DNA of 64,000 nucleotides from an uncultured virus (IMG/VR IMGVR_UViG_3300034355_000834) (Duplodnaviria > Heunggongvirae > Uroviricota > Caudoviricetes). The translations under genes were made by a program, and so were the position numbers. Below the pieces are notes generated by a model. The model searched no databases and had not been told where the DNA came from. It was given only the letters and a program-made list of their open reading frames with translations. Shown here one piece after another: positions 34,101-41,793 of this stretch. The stretch lies in IMG/VR virus record IMGVR_UViG_3300034355_000834, one strand, 5' to 3'. Positions within the stretch are counted from its first letter, which is position 1, and each line of letters starts with the position of its first letter.

Positions 34101-36838
34101 ACATAAGAGAATGTTTGAGTATATAAATCATTTTCAAATACTAAATCACCGATATTCTGAATATTAAGATACTTCAGAGGAATTCCGATAACAGGATCAT
34201 CATTGCCTGTACCAACAGCATAACTAAACAATTCTGAACCGGTAAAAGTAGAACTTGGATATGCATCTCTATCAGCTAAACTAAATCCTGATTGATTGAA
34301 TATATCAAATAAAATTGGTTGGTAGATTTTTTCCATCTGTTGAGCATAGACCCACACCAAACCATCATAATAGAACGTAACGCCCTTTACTCCACCATTA
34401 TAGGGATTTTGCTTTTCAGAAGCTGGTGAATCATAAGGAGTAGAGGCATAAGGGGCCATATCATAATTACCCGATAAAAATTTTGTGTGATAATCATCAG
34501 GGTATTGACCTTCTAAACAAACTGTGCTATCATTGGGCTCACATACATATATTGGATCAAGATATATAACAGCGGACCAAGGAACAGTGGGAGCAGAAAA
34601 TGGTGTCATTGCATAAGGCAAGATATCATAATTGCCATTGTTAACAGGCTCCGGATTGATGAATCTCACTCTGAAAATGGTACGTCTAACTTCCGGATTC
34701 AAATCACCGGCAAAAATAACAGTTGAACCTTCCTTCAAGCTATAACCATCTACTACATACGCTGATTCGCCATTTACTTCAAGCAATGCATCGCGTGTAT
34801 CAAAATCTATTACGCTAATCGGATCAAGCCCATAAGTTCCAAAGTTGAATAGCTTAGTACTACCCCTGAATTGAAGTATCGGCCTCTTAGCTTGAACAAA
34901 TGAATCTAACTCAACATTCAGATTAGTTTTTCTATTGTAATAATTGGTTGCCAAGATGACATCACGATGGAACCAACGATTGCTCCGACTCCACGCATTG
35001 CGATCTAAACTTGTTCTACTGCTAACAACGTATTCTGGATCAATGGGTGCATGGAGATAGCCATCATAGCCACCGATATCATATGCCCAAAAATCATACG
35101 GTATGGGCAGATTTCTGAAACACTGCTCTGGCGTAACAAACCGTTCTACGGGTATCAATTGAATAGATACACCAACGCCCTCTACATAAAATTCTTTTCC
35201 GATATAAGCGGATGGCTCAACCGAACCTTGGAATGTTACCTTTAAGCCGTTAGTAAATTGCACTCCATTAGGCGAAATATAATTTTTAGCACCAATGATC
35301 TCATCAATCAAAATCGTAGATGACAAATCTTGATTGATTAGCTTGATCTTACCATACATTGTAGAATCAATGCTATCTTGATAATATAGCGTATCAAGGG
35401 TTGCCGTCAGTAACGGAATTCTTTTTAATTCATCAACCTCATGATACCAACTTGTTCTTGAATATTGTTCACCAAATCTGATTTCAGTTTTTTCTAATTC
35501 ACCCAATGTACCGACATTAACCAATTCAAATGAATTGATTCCTGTTTTTATTTCCGTAATGACTTTCCAAATAGTCCAACGCGATATATTAACATCATTA
35601 GACTCAGAAAATAAAATTGTTCTTCCGTTAAGATTTGTGATACCATCTATGCCATCAGGATAACGAAGAATAAAGTCATTGACTGCTAAATCTTGTATAT
35701 CATCATAGGTCAAATCAAAGGAGATCAGATCAACAGAATCAATCTGAGTCAAATCCTCAAAATAAAATTTCTGAGCCGTAACCAAGGGTACGTTAAATGT
35801 AATTTCGCCGGTGTTGGATCCATTATTAACAACACCCAATACATCACGTGAACTTATATTGTTTGCTTCTGGAAGAACACCCGATGTGCCGGGTTGAGTC
35901 TGAATCCAAAATCCCGGCCCTTCTCCCTCAACCGGATCAACAACAGTAATTTTACCGCGCATATTTTCTTGATCTGCGCATACATAGTATAATTCATTTG
36001 GCGCAGTTTGTGGAACAACAAATATAATCTGACCATTTGGAGCACCATTTCTATAAACACCATTTTCGTATAGCGCACCAAATCCAAGAGTATCTTCAGT
36101 TTTAATGCAAAATGGATATTTCGCCTTCGGTAGATTCAAATTAAAATAATATGTTTTTCCCCTAACCAAAATCAATTCAGGATTTTTCTGACGATTAATC
36201 ATAAACGCAGAATCAGGAATATCATAGTTAGGGCGAACATCAAATGACTTAACTTCTTTGTACGATTGGTCCACAACAAATGTATATGTGCCGCCTCTGG
36301 CCAAGGTGATAGTCGGATCATTTCCCTTTACTTTGTCAAAGCTATATGAGCCGTTTTCTCTCTTTACATAAAATTTATTGGTAGTCGGAACATCGGTAGC
36401 AGACACAGTAACAGCAGACGGTCCTTCCGGTAACCAAAAATATTGACCATAATTAGACAGCATATCAAAGTCAACAAAAGGATCCCATGAATAATACTGA
36501 CTATCAAACAAACGATCAGCATTATTAACAACACCGCCTTGTAGTTTAATAGTATCAAGAATACCCGGATACGTGATGGCATCTTTTAATGTATTAGTAT
36601 CGGGCTTCAATGAAACAACGCATGGATCAAGCTGATAATCTTCGCGCTCTGGTGTTGGTTCAACAACGTAAGCATCATCGGGGTTTACACCGGGACCAAT
36701 TTTTGCTCCAATGAATCCCTCCACTCTTCTGAATTCGGGATTCTGAACTATTTGATCCAATGTAGCCGCTAAAAATTGCTTATTGCTACTTGTCTGAAAA
36801 ATGTTTGGTAAGAAGTCTACTGTACGGATTTTCGCCAT
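22148..36838 (-). CDS. Giant (4896 aa) virion protein, probable baseplate wedge/tail component
   Basis: Uninterrupted 14.7-kb ORF divergent from the gp6-like gene; FG-GAP-like repeats, carbohydrate-binding-like W...Y..G..V motifs, YINEVKPYHT and repeated GY/FD..PY/FD motifs. Confidence 0.8.
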   Translation of the reverse strand: MAKIRTVDFLPNIFQTSSNKQFLAATLDQIVQNPEFRRVEGFIGAKIGPGVNPDDAYVVEPTPEREDYQLDPCVVSLKPDTNTLKDAITYPGILDTIKLQGGVVNNADRLFDSQYYSWDPFVDFDMLSNYGQYFWLPEGPSAVTVSATDVPTTNKFYVKRENGSYSFDKVKGNDPTITLARGGTYTFVVDQSYKEVKSFDVRPNYDIPDSAFMINRQKNPELILVRGKTYYFNLNLPKAKYPFCIKTEDTLGFGALYENGVYRNGAPNGQIIFVVPQTAPNELYYVCADQENMRGKITVVDPVEGEGPGFWIQTQPGTSGVLPEANNISSRDVLGVVNNGSNTGEITFNVPLVTAQKFYFEDLTQIDSVDLISFDLTYDDIQDLAVNDFILRYPDGIDGITNLNGRTILFSESNDVNISRWTIWKVITEIKTGINSFELVNVGTLGELEKTEIRFGEQYSRTSWYHEVDELKRIPLLTATLDTLYYQDSIDSTMYGKIKLINQDLSSTILIDEIIGAKNYISPNGVQFTNGLKVTFQGSVEPSAYIGKEFYVEGVGVSIQLIPVERFVTPEQCFRNLPIPYDFWAYDIGGYDGYLHAPIDPEYVVSSRTSLDRNAWSRSNRWFHRDVILATNYYNRKTNLNVELDSFVQAKRPILQFRGSTKLFNFGTYGLDPISVIDFDTRDALLEVNGESAYVVDGYSLKEGSTVIFAGDLNPEVRRTIFRVRFINPEPVNNGNYDILPYAMTPFSAPTVPWSAVIYLDPIYVCEPNDSTVCLEGQYPDDYHTKFLSGNYDMAPYASTPYDSPASEKQNPYNGGVKGVTFYYDGLVWVYAQQMEKIYQPILFDIFNQSGFSLADRDAYPSSTFTGSELFSYAVGTGNDDPVIGIPLKYLNIQNIGDLVFENDLYTQTFSYVKNSTAFNENVSIGFVRQYSSRVDYDLEIGWQNGITNSIDRQISQFKYDAQPVRLDVEIDILENVNSLAIFINGLFIEPSRYDLITVYGKTQINWKDVYPLNSTIEVIYYSSQVSTDGHYQIPMNLANNPLNGNSPQFSLGTIRNHYDTIAITVPGLEGKINGANNSRDLGNLVPYGLQILQQSSPLTLAGYFMRDKEYDIFGSLAFNDREYTQFKNQLLSTVANNEFGYMNPSDILDSCISRINLGKTNIDPFYWSDMLPVGADYTEQVYKINALSTGVFGTGQVYDFTSANFKGLSIYVTEFDLQENSVTRLLERGSEYLVSQVEPIVTVLVNLPIGSIVTVREYPHTQANFVPNTPTKMGLYPKYKPMIYYDTTYVKPHLMIQGHDGSLTLAFGDIRDQVLLEFEKRIYNNIKLDGNPVPMLSSDVIPGFFRTTDYSKEEIVSILEIDFLSWVGNNRLDYRSQDYIANNAFTYNYSECGTKLDSDFQVNNFEEERMPGAWRGIYRYFYDTTNPARTPWEMLGFSEQPCWWCDRYGPAPYTSGNLVLWEDLENGYVADPAGPYYLPKYARPGLTNVIPVDEEGTLIAPLYSVVGQFNEFSFKKSWTVLDGGPTEYAWWTSSSYPFAVMRLLALTQPAEFFSLFIDRDLYRYDSELNQYLYNGRYRVGPQNVEIYGNGVSKASYINWIIDYNKQLGRDSTTLLTENLRYLTVKMGYRVGGYTDHEYLTVYADHALPGSANDSQKIPVENYSITLYKNQPNKQLVYSAVTIEVIDGGYRIGGYDTIRPYFKAFISQSSGILRTITTGGITVQVPANYTDKIAVIPYATVFSNDAMVVDFILSYGLYLESIGMSFQSIENGKVMDWNQMAEEFLYFSGQNWAIGTVIALNPAGIKFTVTTPGEVADTIESVVPENMILDQYRVALPTREINIERLENNLTLESPTGRTLSFARLRFVQFEDIIIIDNNTVFNDLIYDPITGARQSRLLINGWVTTEWNGTMNAPGFILNRQETVQEWKSNKKYTKGQIVLFKNNYWSALEIIQPKEKFEYSEWIISDYSKINTGLMLNPPNMSDQLANSYDVYDANLNIDQDLLSFGLIGFRPRKYMSDLNLNDISQVGLYQQFLGSKGTPRSVEAFTYADLGKEQGSYKVKEIWAILSSTYGANANKSFVEFRLNETYLTSNPCTLQVVRPFQISDADQTFLVSDLWRTSAVVTTPDIFPTSLRDYSETALPSAGYVDIEDADITVFDINDPSSILNKIDTVGVGTIIWAAKSNNYDWNIYRCEVMSSQITQVSNNLNGTSIVQFKGIHGLKIGDLIIIRYVNTSIDGVYRVLDVTGINTIIIAYNFTNSNQSTVYCTALAFRMETTRVKQPSDIASLPYVNNLTFDSKVWVDNNGDGLWEVIEKVQPFDFKQNLREKASEQDSYFGYSVSQSYDGKMAIIGAPGANAGNGQVEFFKLAIDPNNIKDQPYEFIDDIRSNAEDTKALGCATSLGKDAWLAIGANQSYNGVGYVLTLTKESSLTGLYGDQQLLIPDSLDPINFGSSVSVSFNEQWLYVGAPISNQVFAYARIDVPSEAVVYVADGSQRRFNYSLHCLIDSDYPEQLQILVDNLNLEYPYDYRLDNGDVVLTAIPNKLQEVKISRRIGKLMNQYIFKDVETIGGSGTDATFDVGVTSGEYSVAILNNGVNYKIGDTLTINGNLVGGVTPTNNITINVTKVDKFGNIISFNYAGQAIYNNQSYELRQYFYSVSSVYSFVVTLNAKIQRPFIDYTYDPLTTTITFVNVPAEGVDITVRADSYWELTNVLNGNVSSLAKFGYAISSSGQGRQLIVGAPYDDLNGLAVGSTTLYNKTMFAYNVKDSNQRIYDIPEYNNGPITVSINGTLLTNKKYSVLGQYQVIETSPTKYAVELSPWVSLGLGDNIDIDTSIITQVQKFTTGQKVTSQFGNSLDFAPTNNEFFVGAPADNSSYEQSGSVYRYLNQSRTYGTTVSTNCNPVLTAGSYILVNGSLIKIKSSPKNTIEELIISINSSDIPNVTAKATSNAVFYGNGKDKTYNIGNIYSSAASYNTKVYLNNTLLVENVDYTYNNSNETLTFILVPSLKDRITVVSGRIIISANVLNANDRYHANYDGRNELTVLPGQGPSFTQIGFDTYTQVQKIVSPRQSSFANFGYSVSIDSAFVNLVVGAPNGNAYEEMSFDNDTTYFDSYSTVFSDVIFGCGVAYTYDYMNSVNASISNPGKFIFGQQVYNRNLKNLDRFGLAVNYVTESLIIGAPTSSNKNNVNTGKVYVYKNTNNLPSWQVNHIETPQVDSHTINSTFMYDRLVGSWQQYFDCINPLQGKILGAAAQNIDYIGAVDPANYNVGVIHNIGDSWGEDQLGKIWWDTDTVRFLNPYQNNINYASRRWGQIFPGSTVDIYQWVVSNVPPIAYTGAGVPLSTTTYTMRSTINEQGYYNVEYYYWVRGLSTVEYKYGKTLSSNVISQYISDPRSSGIPYIAILGPGQVAIYNALNYISAADTILHIDYDQSPNDDCIHTEYQTILTNDGDSFLTDVVYRKLIDSFAGSDVSGNNVPDPMLSPGEKYGVQFRPRQSMFIDRFSALRDYLTAANTIINQYPVSESKSMSLLFAQQAIPPAREGSVIIWNESVPNNQILEYQDIADKPDGYRYLVDSNSNYRGYWTVLEIDRTLTETFKLVMIQSYYTPNYWNYVNWYEIGYDPNTEIVAEVPYYAALQSLSEEIAPVDSTVKVTTNSRGKYELYKRTSAITWLRVGLEDGTIQFSDSLWNYLEAGFGFDNSPFDLLYYDEYPTEETRYVIRAINEQILVDELKIYRNDLLISIFEMIYAELQAPYWLFKTSLINVDHRIRNLIPYTQYQPDNQTFVQDYINEVKPYHTVVKQFNMIYYGTDTVDGSAMTDFDCPARWDSELPVPRYVSPMLLPYIHADTTVHSDVGDLQDYSEVWDEKPWKDWYDNHTLSVQVIEVIDKGYDYHEPPTVTIIGDCTEEAYAEAIINDDGEVVQINVLYTGLGYTLTPTIEITGVGDGAKAIAHLGNLLGVNPITNEEYAALNVRSITTVIRYDRCEYKSTIIDWIPGIAYSSGDLVRYIGAVWKAKSYIPVSNQFNPEEWMLVNPSEMQVLEVNVLDGGTGYPPNSEVDVFFTSINSFEENIVPAVAYGITDNTGSIAYVNVENGGSGYTYPIVVTFGGRGAGASGEAALGPLLSAADRVMGYYAPTVNQPGRELSLVIDGIDFPGVQVWGLPYVYPHTQAYDLDTIYRSNYMDLYLGKRYIDINVAGCNYISTDANHAPEELVLGSTFDTVDIRVYTRPNGHHPESEGHGFPKGQVKQQFLAVDSTIDNTISFEGLVLYVTAVIVTNQTTGRDLTIDYDYTVNWDTQEVYINNGAIEGDIIVVEVFGPGGGTQIFKEVYVNDDFTVLLIDVPYEEIIDIGWFVDGVNDNDFIYYPDGERTLVEFNNPVTEDELATIVVIAPSYLDDSTEVDYSWSTAVTQVIEAESGVDRYNLTNSMEYTNPVNIIVTVNGLRLKTAAGALYRITDAAPEYNLPQRIGIDPYLVADSAIFVYVDGIKQTQGVDYDIILDNPDQTKYVKLKDHIRFNEEVLISVVSDVECYVDNDELVFNVPVFTGDIIKVTSWNDTRQQDLVTNVFVGPVDVEVPVVQGYSVTRYSPDTFDGGPGSFDCTYYVPEVRNDIFLDRIVAEPARLWVTVNGEHKFYGNDFTVRYARYYQGYSSTLYDYAVLPDEYGSYDSSNLVTEIVFPYVLSPTDVVMITDFTDILNPDATAYRIFQDMNGIQVTHNITMDTTTVLMRTLSPTANIIYVEDASHLNEPNFEAGIWGVLTINGERIMYRDIDLVNNTVSSLLRGTGGTGAANHIAGSYVYDMSYYTTLPKFYQNYVVESTEQGDGFRTEFTADNINIVDIPEIRVVVGGIPVNDGWTVTNYSPVTVTFNVPPPIGVDVTLWVLRANSWDIPKVIPE

Positions 36839-36865
36839 TGATGTTCCTTGGGAATAATGTTACAG

Positions 36866-36936
36866 TATTTATGCAAGATTTTTTATCATTTTTCAAAACG
36901 AAATGTAGGAATCGGGTGTAAAATTTAGCATAAATA
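36866..36936. promoter_or_regulatory. Divergent pair of T4-type late promoters
   Basis: ATAAATA on the minus strand (36866-36872) and on the plus strand (36930-36936), each about 30 nt upstream of a structural gene. Confidence 0.7.
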
Positions 36937-36965
36937 ATGTATAACATTATCCGAGGAATAATATC

Positions 36966-39900
36966 GTGGCAAAAACTGCAAGACAAACAGCAATATTCGG
37001 CGTACAGAATTGGAAACAGATATATCAAACTTATACGGAGGCAGATTTTCAAAGTTTCGACTGGGAAAGTTTGAGGAAGTCTTTTGTAGATTATCTGACT
37101 ACCTACTATCCGGAAAATTTCAATGATTATACCGAAAGCTCAGAGCTAATAGCTATATTAGATTTGATGGCTTTTATGGGTCAATCGCTCGCATTCAGGA
37201 CGGATTTGGTAAGTAGAGAGAACTATTTAGATACTGCCGAACGAAGAGACAGTGTAGTCAGATTAGCCAACCTCGTTGGATACACACCGAAAAGAAACAC
37301 GGCATCTCAAGGTTACCTAAAAGTATTCAGTGTTCAAACAACAGAAAATGTATATGATTATAATGGATTAAATCTTTCCAATATCACAGTAAATTGGGCT
37401 GACCCAAGCAATTATGGATGGCAAGAGCAATTCACCACTATTGTTAACGCAGCGTTAATTGATTCACAAAAGGTGGGAAGACCGGGAAATTCCGCTCAAA
37501 TCTTGGGCGTAAACACCAGTCAATATTCATTAAATTTTGTATCTGGTGTCTTACCGATTGTTCCCTTTAGCACCACCGTAGATGGCATCAATATGCCATT
37601 TGAAGTGGTCAATGCCATCGCAACCAGCGAAGGATTCACATATGAGCCAGCACCAGCGCCGTCCGGTGTATTCAATATGCTCTATCGCAACGATGGATTA
37701 GGATTCGGCAGCGCAAATACTGGATACTTTTTCTTATTCAAGCAAGGTGTATTGCAAAATCAAAACTTTAATCTACCAGAAAAAATATCAAACAGAATTG
37801 TTGATATTAACATAGAAGGCATCAATAATCAAGACGTTTGGTTATATCAATTGGATGATGTTGGTTCTTTGGCAAAACAATGGACATATGTTCAGAACAT
37901 TTATACCGCAGCCACCGAGCAATTACCACCAGAACAGCGTTCAATCTATTCAATCACCAGTCGGTCAAATGATCAAATTACGCTCACATTTGGCGACGGT
38001 GTTTTCTCGGAAATTCCTCTTGGTGTATTCAGAACATACGTAAGAGCCAGCAACGGATTGGAGTATATTATCAATCCTGTTAATATGCAAAGCATCGTTA
38101 TACCGATAAATTATGTAAGTAGAACTGGTCAGATTGAGACTATTACGTTTACTTGTGGATTAACCGAGCCTGTTACAAACGCACAAGCAAGAGAATCACT
38201 GGATCAGATTAAGCAACGCGCACCAGCAAGGTATTATACTCAGAACAGAATGGTCAACGGTGAGGATTACACCAATTTTCCATTTACATCTTATAACAGC
38301 ATCATCAAAAGTTCAGCGATCAATAGAACCTCGATTGGCATTTCACGGAATCTTGATTTAGTTGATCCAACCGGAAAATATTCAAGCACAAACATTTTTG
38401 CAAGTGATGGCGCAATATATGAAGAAACATCAACGAATGCTTTGGAATTTACTTGGCTCTCAACCAACGAAGTATACGATGGATTATCCAATAACGTTAA
38501 CCCACAAGTAGCCACGATTAGCGCAAGACAGTTCTATTACGCTAATTTTCCAAGAATGGATTTATGGCAATTAAATGTCACTTGGAATGAATCTACGCAC
38601 TTGGTCAACGAGACCACCGGATACTTTATGAATAGTAATAAAGATCCGGTTTCTATCGGACCATTATCATCAAACAATTTAAAATATATTCAAGTGGGCG
38701 CATTGATTCAGTTTCGAGCACCCGATGGATATGTGTTTGACTCAGAAAATAGATTGGTCCCTATATCACTTGGATCATTAAATGACAGAGAATTTATTTG
38801 GGCTTCACCAACAGGAATTTTTAGCGACGGTACAAGCTCATCGTTTGGTAATCTACCCAATGGTCAAGGACCAGTAGTTTTAGATACTTTTGTACCAACC
38901 GGAGCAATCGCATACAAAGTAATACCGATCTTTGCTTCAGATATTCCGAATGCTATCATTGAGCAAGTAGTTCAACAAATCGTATTAAATAGAAATTTTG
39001 GATTAGGATATAATAACGCGGACACTAACCCTCAGACAAGATGGTATGTCATCACGTCCCAGAATTTAGCGGTCAATGCTCCGTTTAGTTTAGAGTATGC
39101 TCAAAATAAGGAGGGACTGAATCTTGACGCAAGTTGGATGATTCAAGGCACAGTTCGCGATGGCAAATATACCGTAATTACAAGAAGCCTTGATTACTTC
39201 TTCGGAAGTGTCCGAGAGACCAGATTTTTCTTTTACAGCAACTCACCGATATATGATCCAAAATCCGGCACTACTATTCGCGATTTTGTAAAAGTATTAA
39301 AAACCAATAGTAAACCAGATAACAATCTTCCATTAGACAGTGATATTATCATGCCTATCATTGATCAGCCGGTTGAAAGTGATGGTTATGTAGATGATTT
39401 TCAAGTAATCGTGAGTTATCAAAACACACCAGATAATAATATTCCAAAAGACCCAGATTTCTTTGATGTTATTGTTGATCCCACAGTAAATCCACCAGAG
39501 AAGCTAGTATTCTTGCAAAAAACGGTTGACTTTGATAATCTTGAAAGATATCTATTGGTAGAAAAAGGATATGTAAATGTTCAGTATTCCGTAAAAAGCG
39601 AAATAGAAGCGCACAAAGAGGAGTATTTTGATGGACAAGTATTTTATGCCTACGATCAATTCCCAAACAATGATATCATTGATCAACCATTTTACAAAAT
39701 ATCAGAGAACTATCTTGGTGTAAAAACACTGATTGATGTTACATCATCATTTATTGCGAGAATTGGTAGACAAGATTTATATTTCCAATATCGTCACAAC
39801 AGTTCACTGACGAATCTGATTGATCCGGGTAGCACCAATATTATTGATTTATATGTAGTCACTTTGCAATACTATCGTGCATATCAGAATTGGATTAAGG

Positions 39901-40409
39901 ATTCTTCAGGCACAGTCCCTAAACCGTTGCCACCAACGATGAATTATTTGACCACGTTATATTCAAATCTCCAAACATATAGAATGATTTCAGATAATAT
40001 GGTGGTTAACTCGGTTGAATTTAAGCCGTTGTTTGGCGCAAAGGCTGATGAAGAATTGAGAGGTATTATTAAAGTTGTCCCAACCAATGGAACATCGGTC
40101 AGCAATAGCGAGATAAAGAATCTTGTAGTTACCTATATGGATAATTTCTTTAACATTGATCTATGGTCCTTTGGTCAAACTTTTTACTTCAGTGAACTAA
40201 GTTCGTACATTCATAAAAATATAGGCGATGTTGTTTCGTCTATCGTTATCGTACCGCTTAGTCCACAAAAAGCGTTCGGTGACTTGTATGAGATTCGTAG
40301 CAGTAGCAACCAAATCTTCGTAAATGCTGCAACTGTTCAAGATGTTGAAATCATTCAGGCACTCACAAGTACAAATCTGAGGACCGCTCCTGGCAGCGGG
40401 GTTATCTGA
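36966..40409 (+). CDS. Baseplate wedge subunit (T4 gp6-like)
   Basis: DFQSFDWESLR, ENYLDTAERRDSVVRLA..VGY.PKR, FGDGVF and IKQRAP..YYTQNRMV..EDY. Confidence 0.88.
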   Translation: MAKTARQTAIFGVQNWKQIYQTYTEADFQSFDWESLRKSFVDYLTTYYPENFNDYTESSELIAILDLMAFMGQSLAFRTDLVSRENYLDTAERRDSVVRLANLVGYTPKRNTASQGYLKVFSVQTTENVYDYNGLNLSNITVNWADPSNYGWQEQFTTIVNAALIDSQKVGRPGNSAQILGVNTSQYSLNFVSGVLPIVPFSTTVDGINMPFEVVNAIATSEGFTYEPAPAPSGVFNMLYRNDGLGFGSANTGYFFLFKQGVLQNQNFNLPEKISNRIVDINIEGINNQDVWLYQLDDVGSLAKQWTYVQNIYTAATEQLPPEQRSIYSITSRSNDQITLTFGDGVFSEIPLGVFRTYVRASNGLEYIINPVNMQSIVIPINYVSRTGQIETITFTCGLTEPVTNAQARESLDQIKQRAPARYYTQNRMVNGEDYTNFPFTSYNSIIKSSAINRTSIGISRNLDLVDPTGKYSSTNIFASDGAIYEETSTNALEFTWLSTNEVYDGLSNNVNPQVATISARQFYYANFPRMDLWQLNVTWNESTHLVNETTGYFMNSNKDPVSIGPLSSNNLKYIQVGALIQFRAPDGYVFDSENRLVPISLGSLNDREFIWASPTGIFSDGTSSSFGNLPNGQGPVVLDTFVPTGAIAYKVIPIFASDIPNAIIEQVVQQIVLNRNFGLGYNNADTNPQTRWYVITSQNLAVNAPFSLEYAQNKEGLNLDASWMIQGTVRDGKYTVITRSLDYFFGSVRETRFFFYSNSPIYDPKSGTTIRDFVKVLKTNSKPDNNLPLDSDIIMPIIDQPVESDGYVDDFQVIVSYQNTPDNNIPKDPDFFDVIVDPTVNPPEKLVFLQKTVDFDNLERYLLVEKGYVNVQYSVKSEIEAHKEEYFDGQVFYAYDQFPNNDIIDQPFYKISENYLGVKTLIDVTSSFIARIGRQDLYFQYRHNSSLTNLIDPGSTNIIDLYVVTLQYYRAYQNWIKDSSGTVPKPLPPTMNYLTTLYSNLQTYRMISDNMVVNSVEFKPLFGAKADEELRGIIKVVPTNGTSVSNSEIKNLVVTYMDNFFNIDLWSFGQTFYFSELSSYIHKNIGDVVSSIVIVPLSPQKAFGDLYEIRSSSNQIFVNAATVQDVEIIQALTSTNLRTAPGSGVI

Positions 40410-40560
40410 TAAGAGCGAAAGAGTTTGTTCTTGAGAAAAAAATTAGCGAAACAGATGAGTTTGCTATTAGAACAGGACAACTTAGCTCAATTACCAATTC
40501 AACTCAGGACAATACCAAGAGGAAAAAGCAAAAGAAATCGAAGACCTCTTTGCTAATAAA

Positions 40561-40674
40561 TAAATAATGCTGATCACGAGAGTGCAATCTCTATCAGCTC
40601 TAATGCTATACAGAAAAACATCAGCGGCATATTTATGCCGCATTGCAATTCTTAGTTACTTTCTGTATAGCATT
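40561..40674 (+). promoter_or_regulatory. Late promoter and structured leader upstream of a homing endonuclease
   Basis: TAAATA, then a GCTGAT/ATCAGC stem, then a 15-bp perfect inverted repeat (40602-40616/40660-40674) enclosing a GCGGCAT/ATGCCGC hairpin. Confidence 0.6.
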
Positions 40675-40695
40675 CAATAATACAGGAAATTAACA

Positions 40696-41793
40696 ATGTC
40701 GAATTTACCTTTTGCCTATCTAATCGGTTGGTCACAACTCGGAATATGGTATTATGGTGTCAGGTACGCCCAAGATTGCCATCCCTCTGACCTTTGGACA
40801 ACCTACTTTACATCCTCAATCCACGTAACTGATTTCAGAAACCTCAACGGAGAACCAGATGTAATTACAGTCAGAAAAACATTCCCTGGTTTGTCAGTAA
40901 AGGAGGGGATTTTGGTTGCGAAGAAATGGGAGAACAGAGTTCTTCATTGGTTTGATGTCATCAATAATCCTGCTTGGTTAAACCGCCACAACGGCAACAC
41001 TGCTTATCTCAGCACACTTGGCTTGGCACCAGCCAAAATTACACTGACTGGCGAAGGCATCGGACTTGTTCCCACGGATGATCCCAGATGGGAAACAGGT
41101 GAAATAGTGGGAGTTCATAATGGGAAAAGAGGGGCGAGCTTGCACAAAGGCTTTATTGCTGCGTATGACGAAAAAGAAGGTTGTGTAAGAAAGTGTCACC
41201 CGTTAGATGAAAGACTAATAAACGGACAACTAATAACATTGGACATGGCAAAACAGAAAGGGTATTCAATTGATCTGGGGGAAGCTGCTAGAGGATCAGT
41301 AACACGTTACGATGTCAATGGCAAAAGAATAAGAGCGTTTCCGAATGATCCCGAAGTAATATCAGGTAAATGGAAAACCTTAGAGGAGGCAGTAGCACTA
41401 GGATGGCCGATTAAGAGACAAAAACATAGAGAAGAGACAGCGTATGTTTATGACGAGAAAGGAAAGAGACAAAGAGTCAAAACATCTGACGCAAGGATTA
41501 TGACAGGCGAACTAAAGACCGCCACTGACGCTAAAGCAAGCGGTTGGCCAGTGGTTTATCATCTACACGGAAAGATCAAGGGATACAACAAAGAAGGCAA
41601 AGGATTCAGGGTAAATCCAGATGATAAAAGATTTGAAACAGGCGAATTAATAACATCAGAAGACCTCAAAAAAAGATATGCCTTCTTGGTCTCTTATCTT
41701 GAAGTCAATGCAGCCACAGTGCAAGATATTGAAATTATTTCGGCACTAACATCAACTAATTTACGCACAGCGCCCGGAAGCGGGGTAATCTGA
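40696..41793 (+). CDS. Free-standing GIY-YIG-like homing endonuclease fused to a copy of the wedge C-terminus
   Basis: FAYLIGW....WYYGVR, YFTSS, conserved Glu in WENRVL and WLN; internal repeats; the last 29 aa match the end of the gp6-like protein. Confidence 0.8.
   Translation: MSNLPFAYLIGWSQLGIWYYGVRYAQDCHPSDLWTTYFTSSIHVTDFRNLNGEPDVITVRKTFPGLSVKEGILVAKKWENRVLHWFDVINNPAWLNRHNGNTAYLSTLGLAPAKITLTGEGIGLVPTDDPRWETGEIVGVHNGKRGASLHKGFIAAYDEKEGCVRKCHPLDERLINGQLITLDMAKQKGYSIDLGEAARGSVTRYDVNGKRIRAFPNDPEVISGKWKTLEEAVALGWPIKRQKHREETAYVYDEKGKRQRVKTSDARIMTGELKTATDAKASGWPVVYHLHGKIKGYNKEGKGFRVNPDDKRFETGELITSEDLKKRYAFLVSYLEVNAATVQDIEIISALTSTNLRTAPGSGVI

Noticed and set aside
40410..40565. Small ORF between the wedge gene and the endonuclease leader
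   Set aside because: An open frame exists but has no convincing start codon or RBS.
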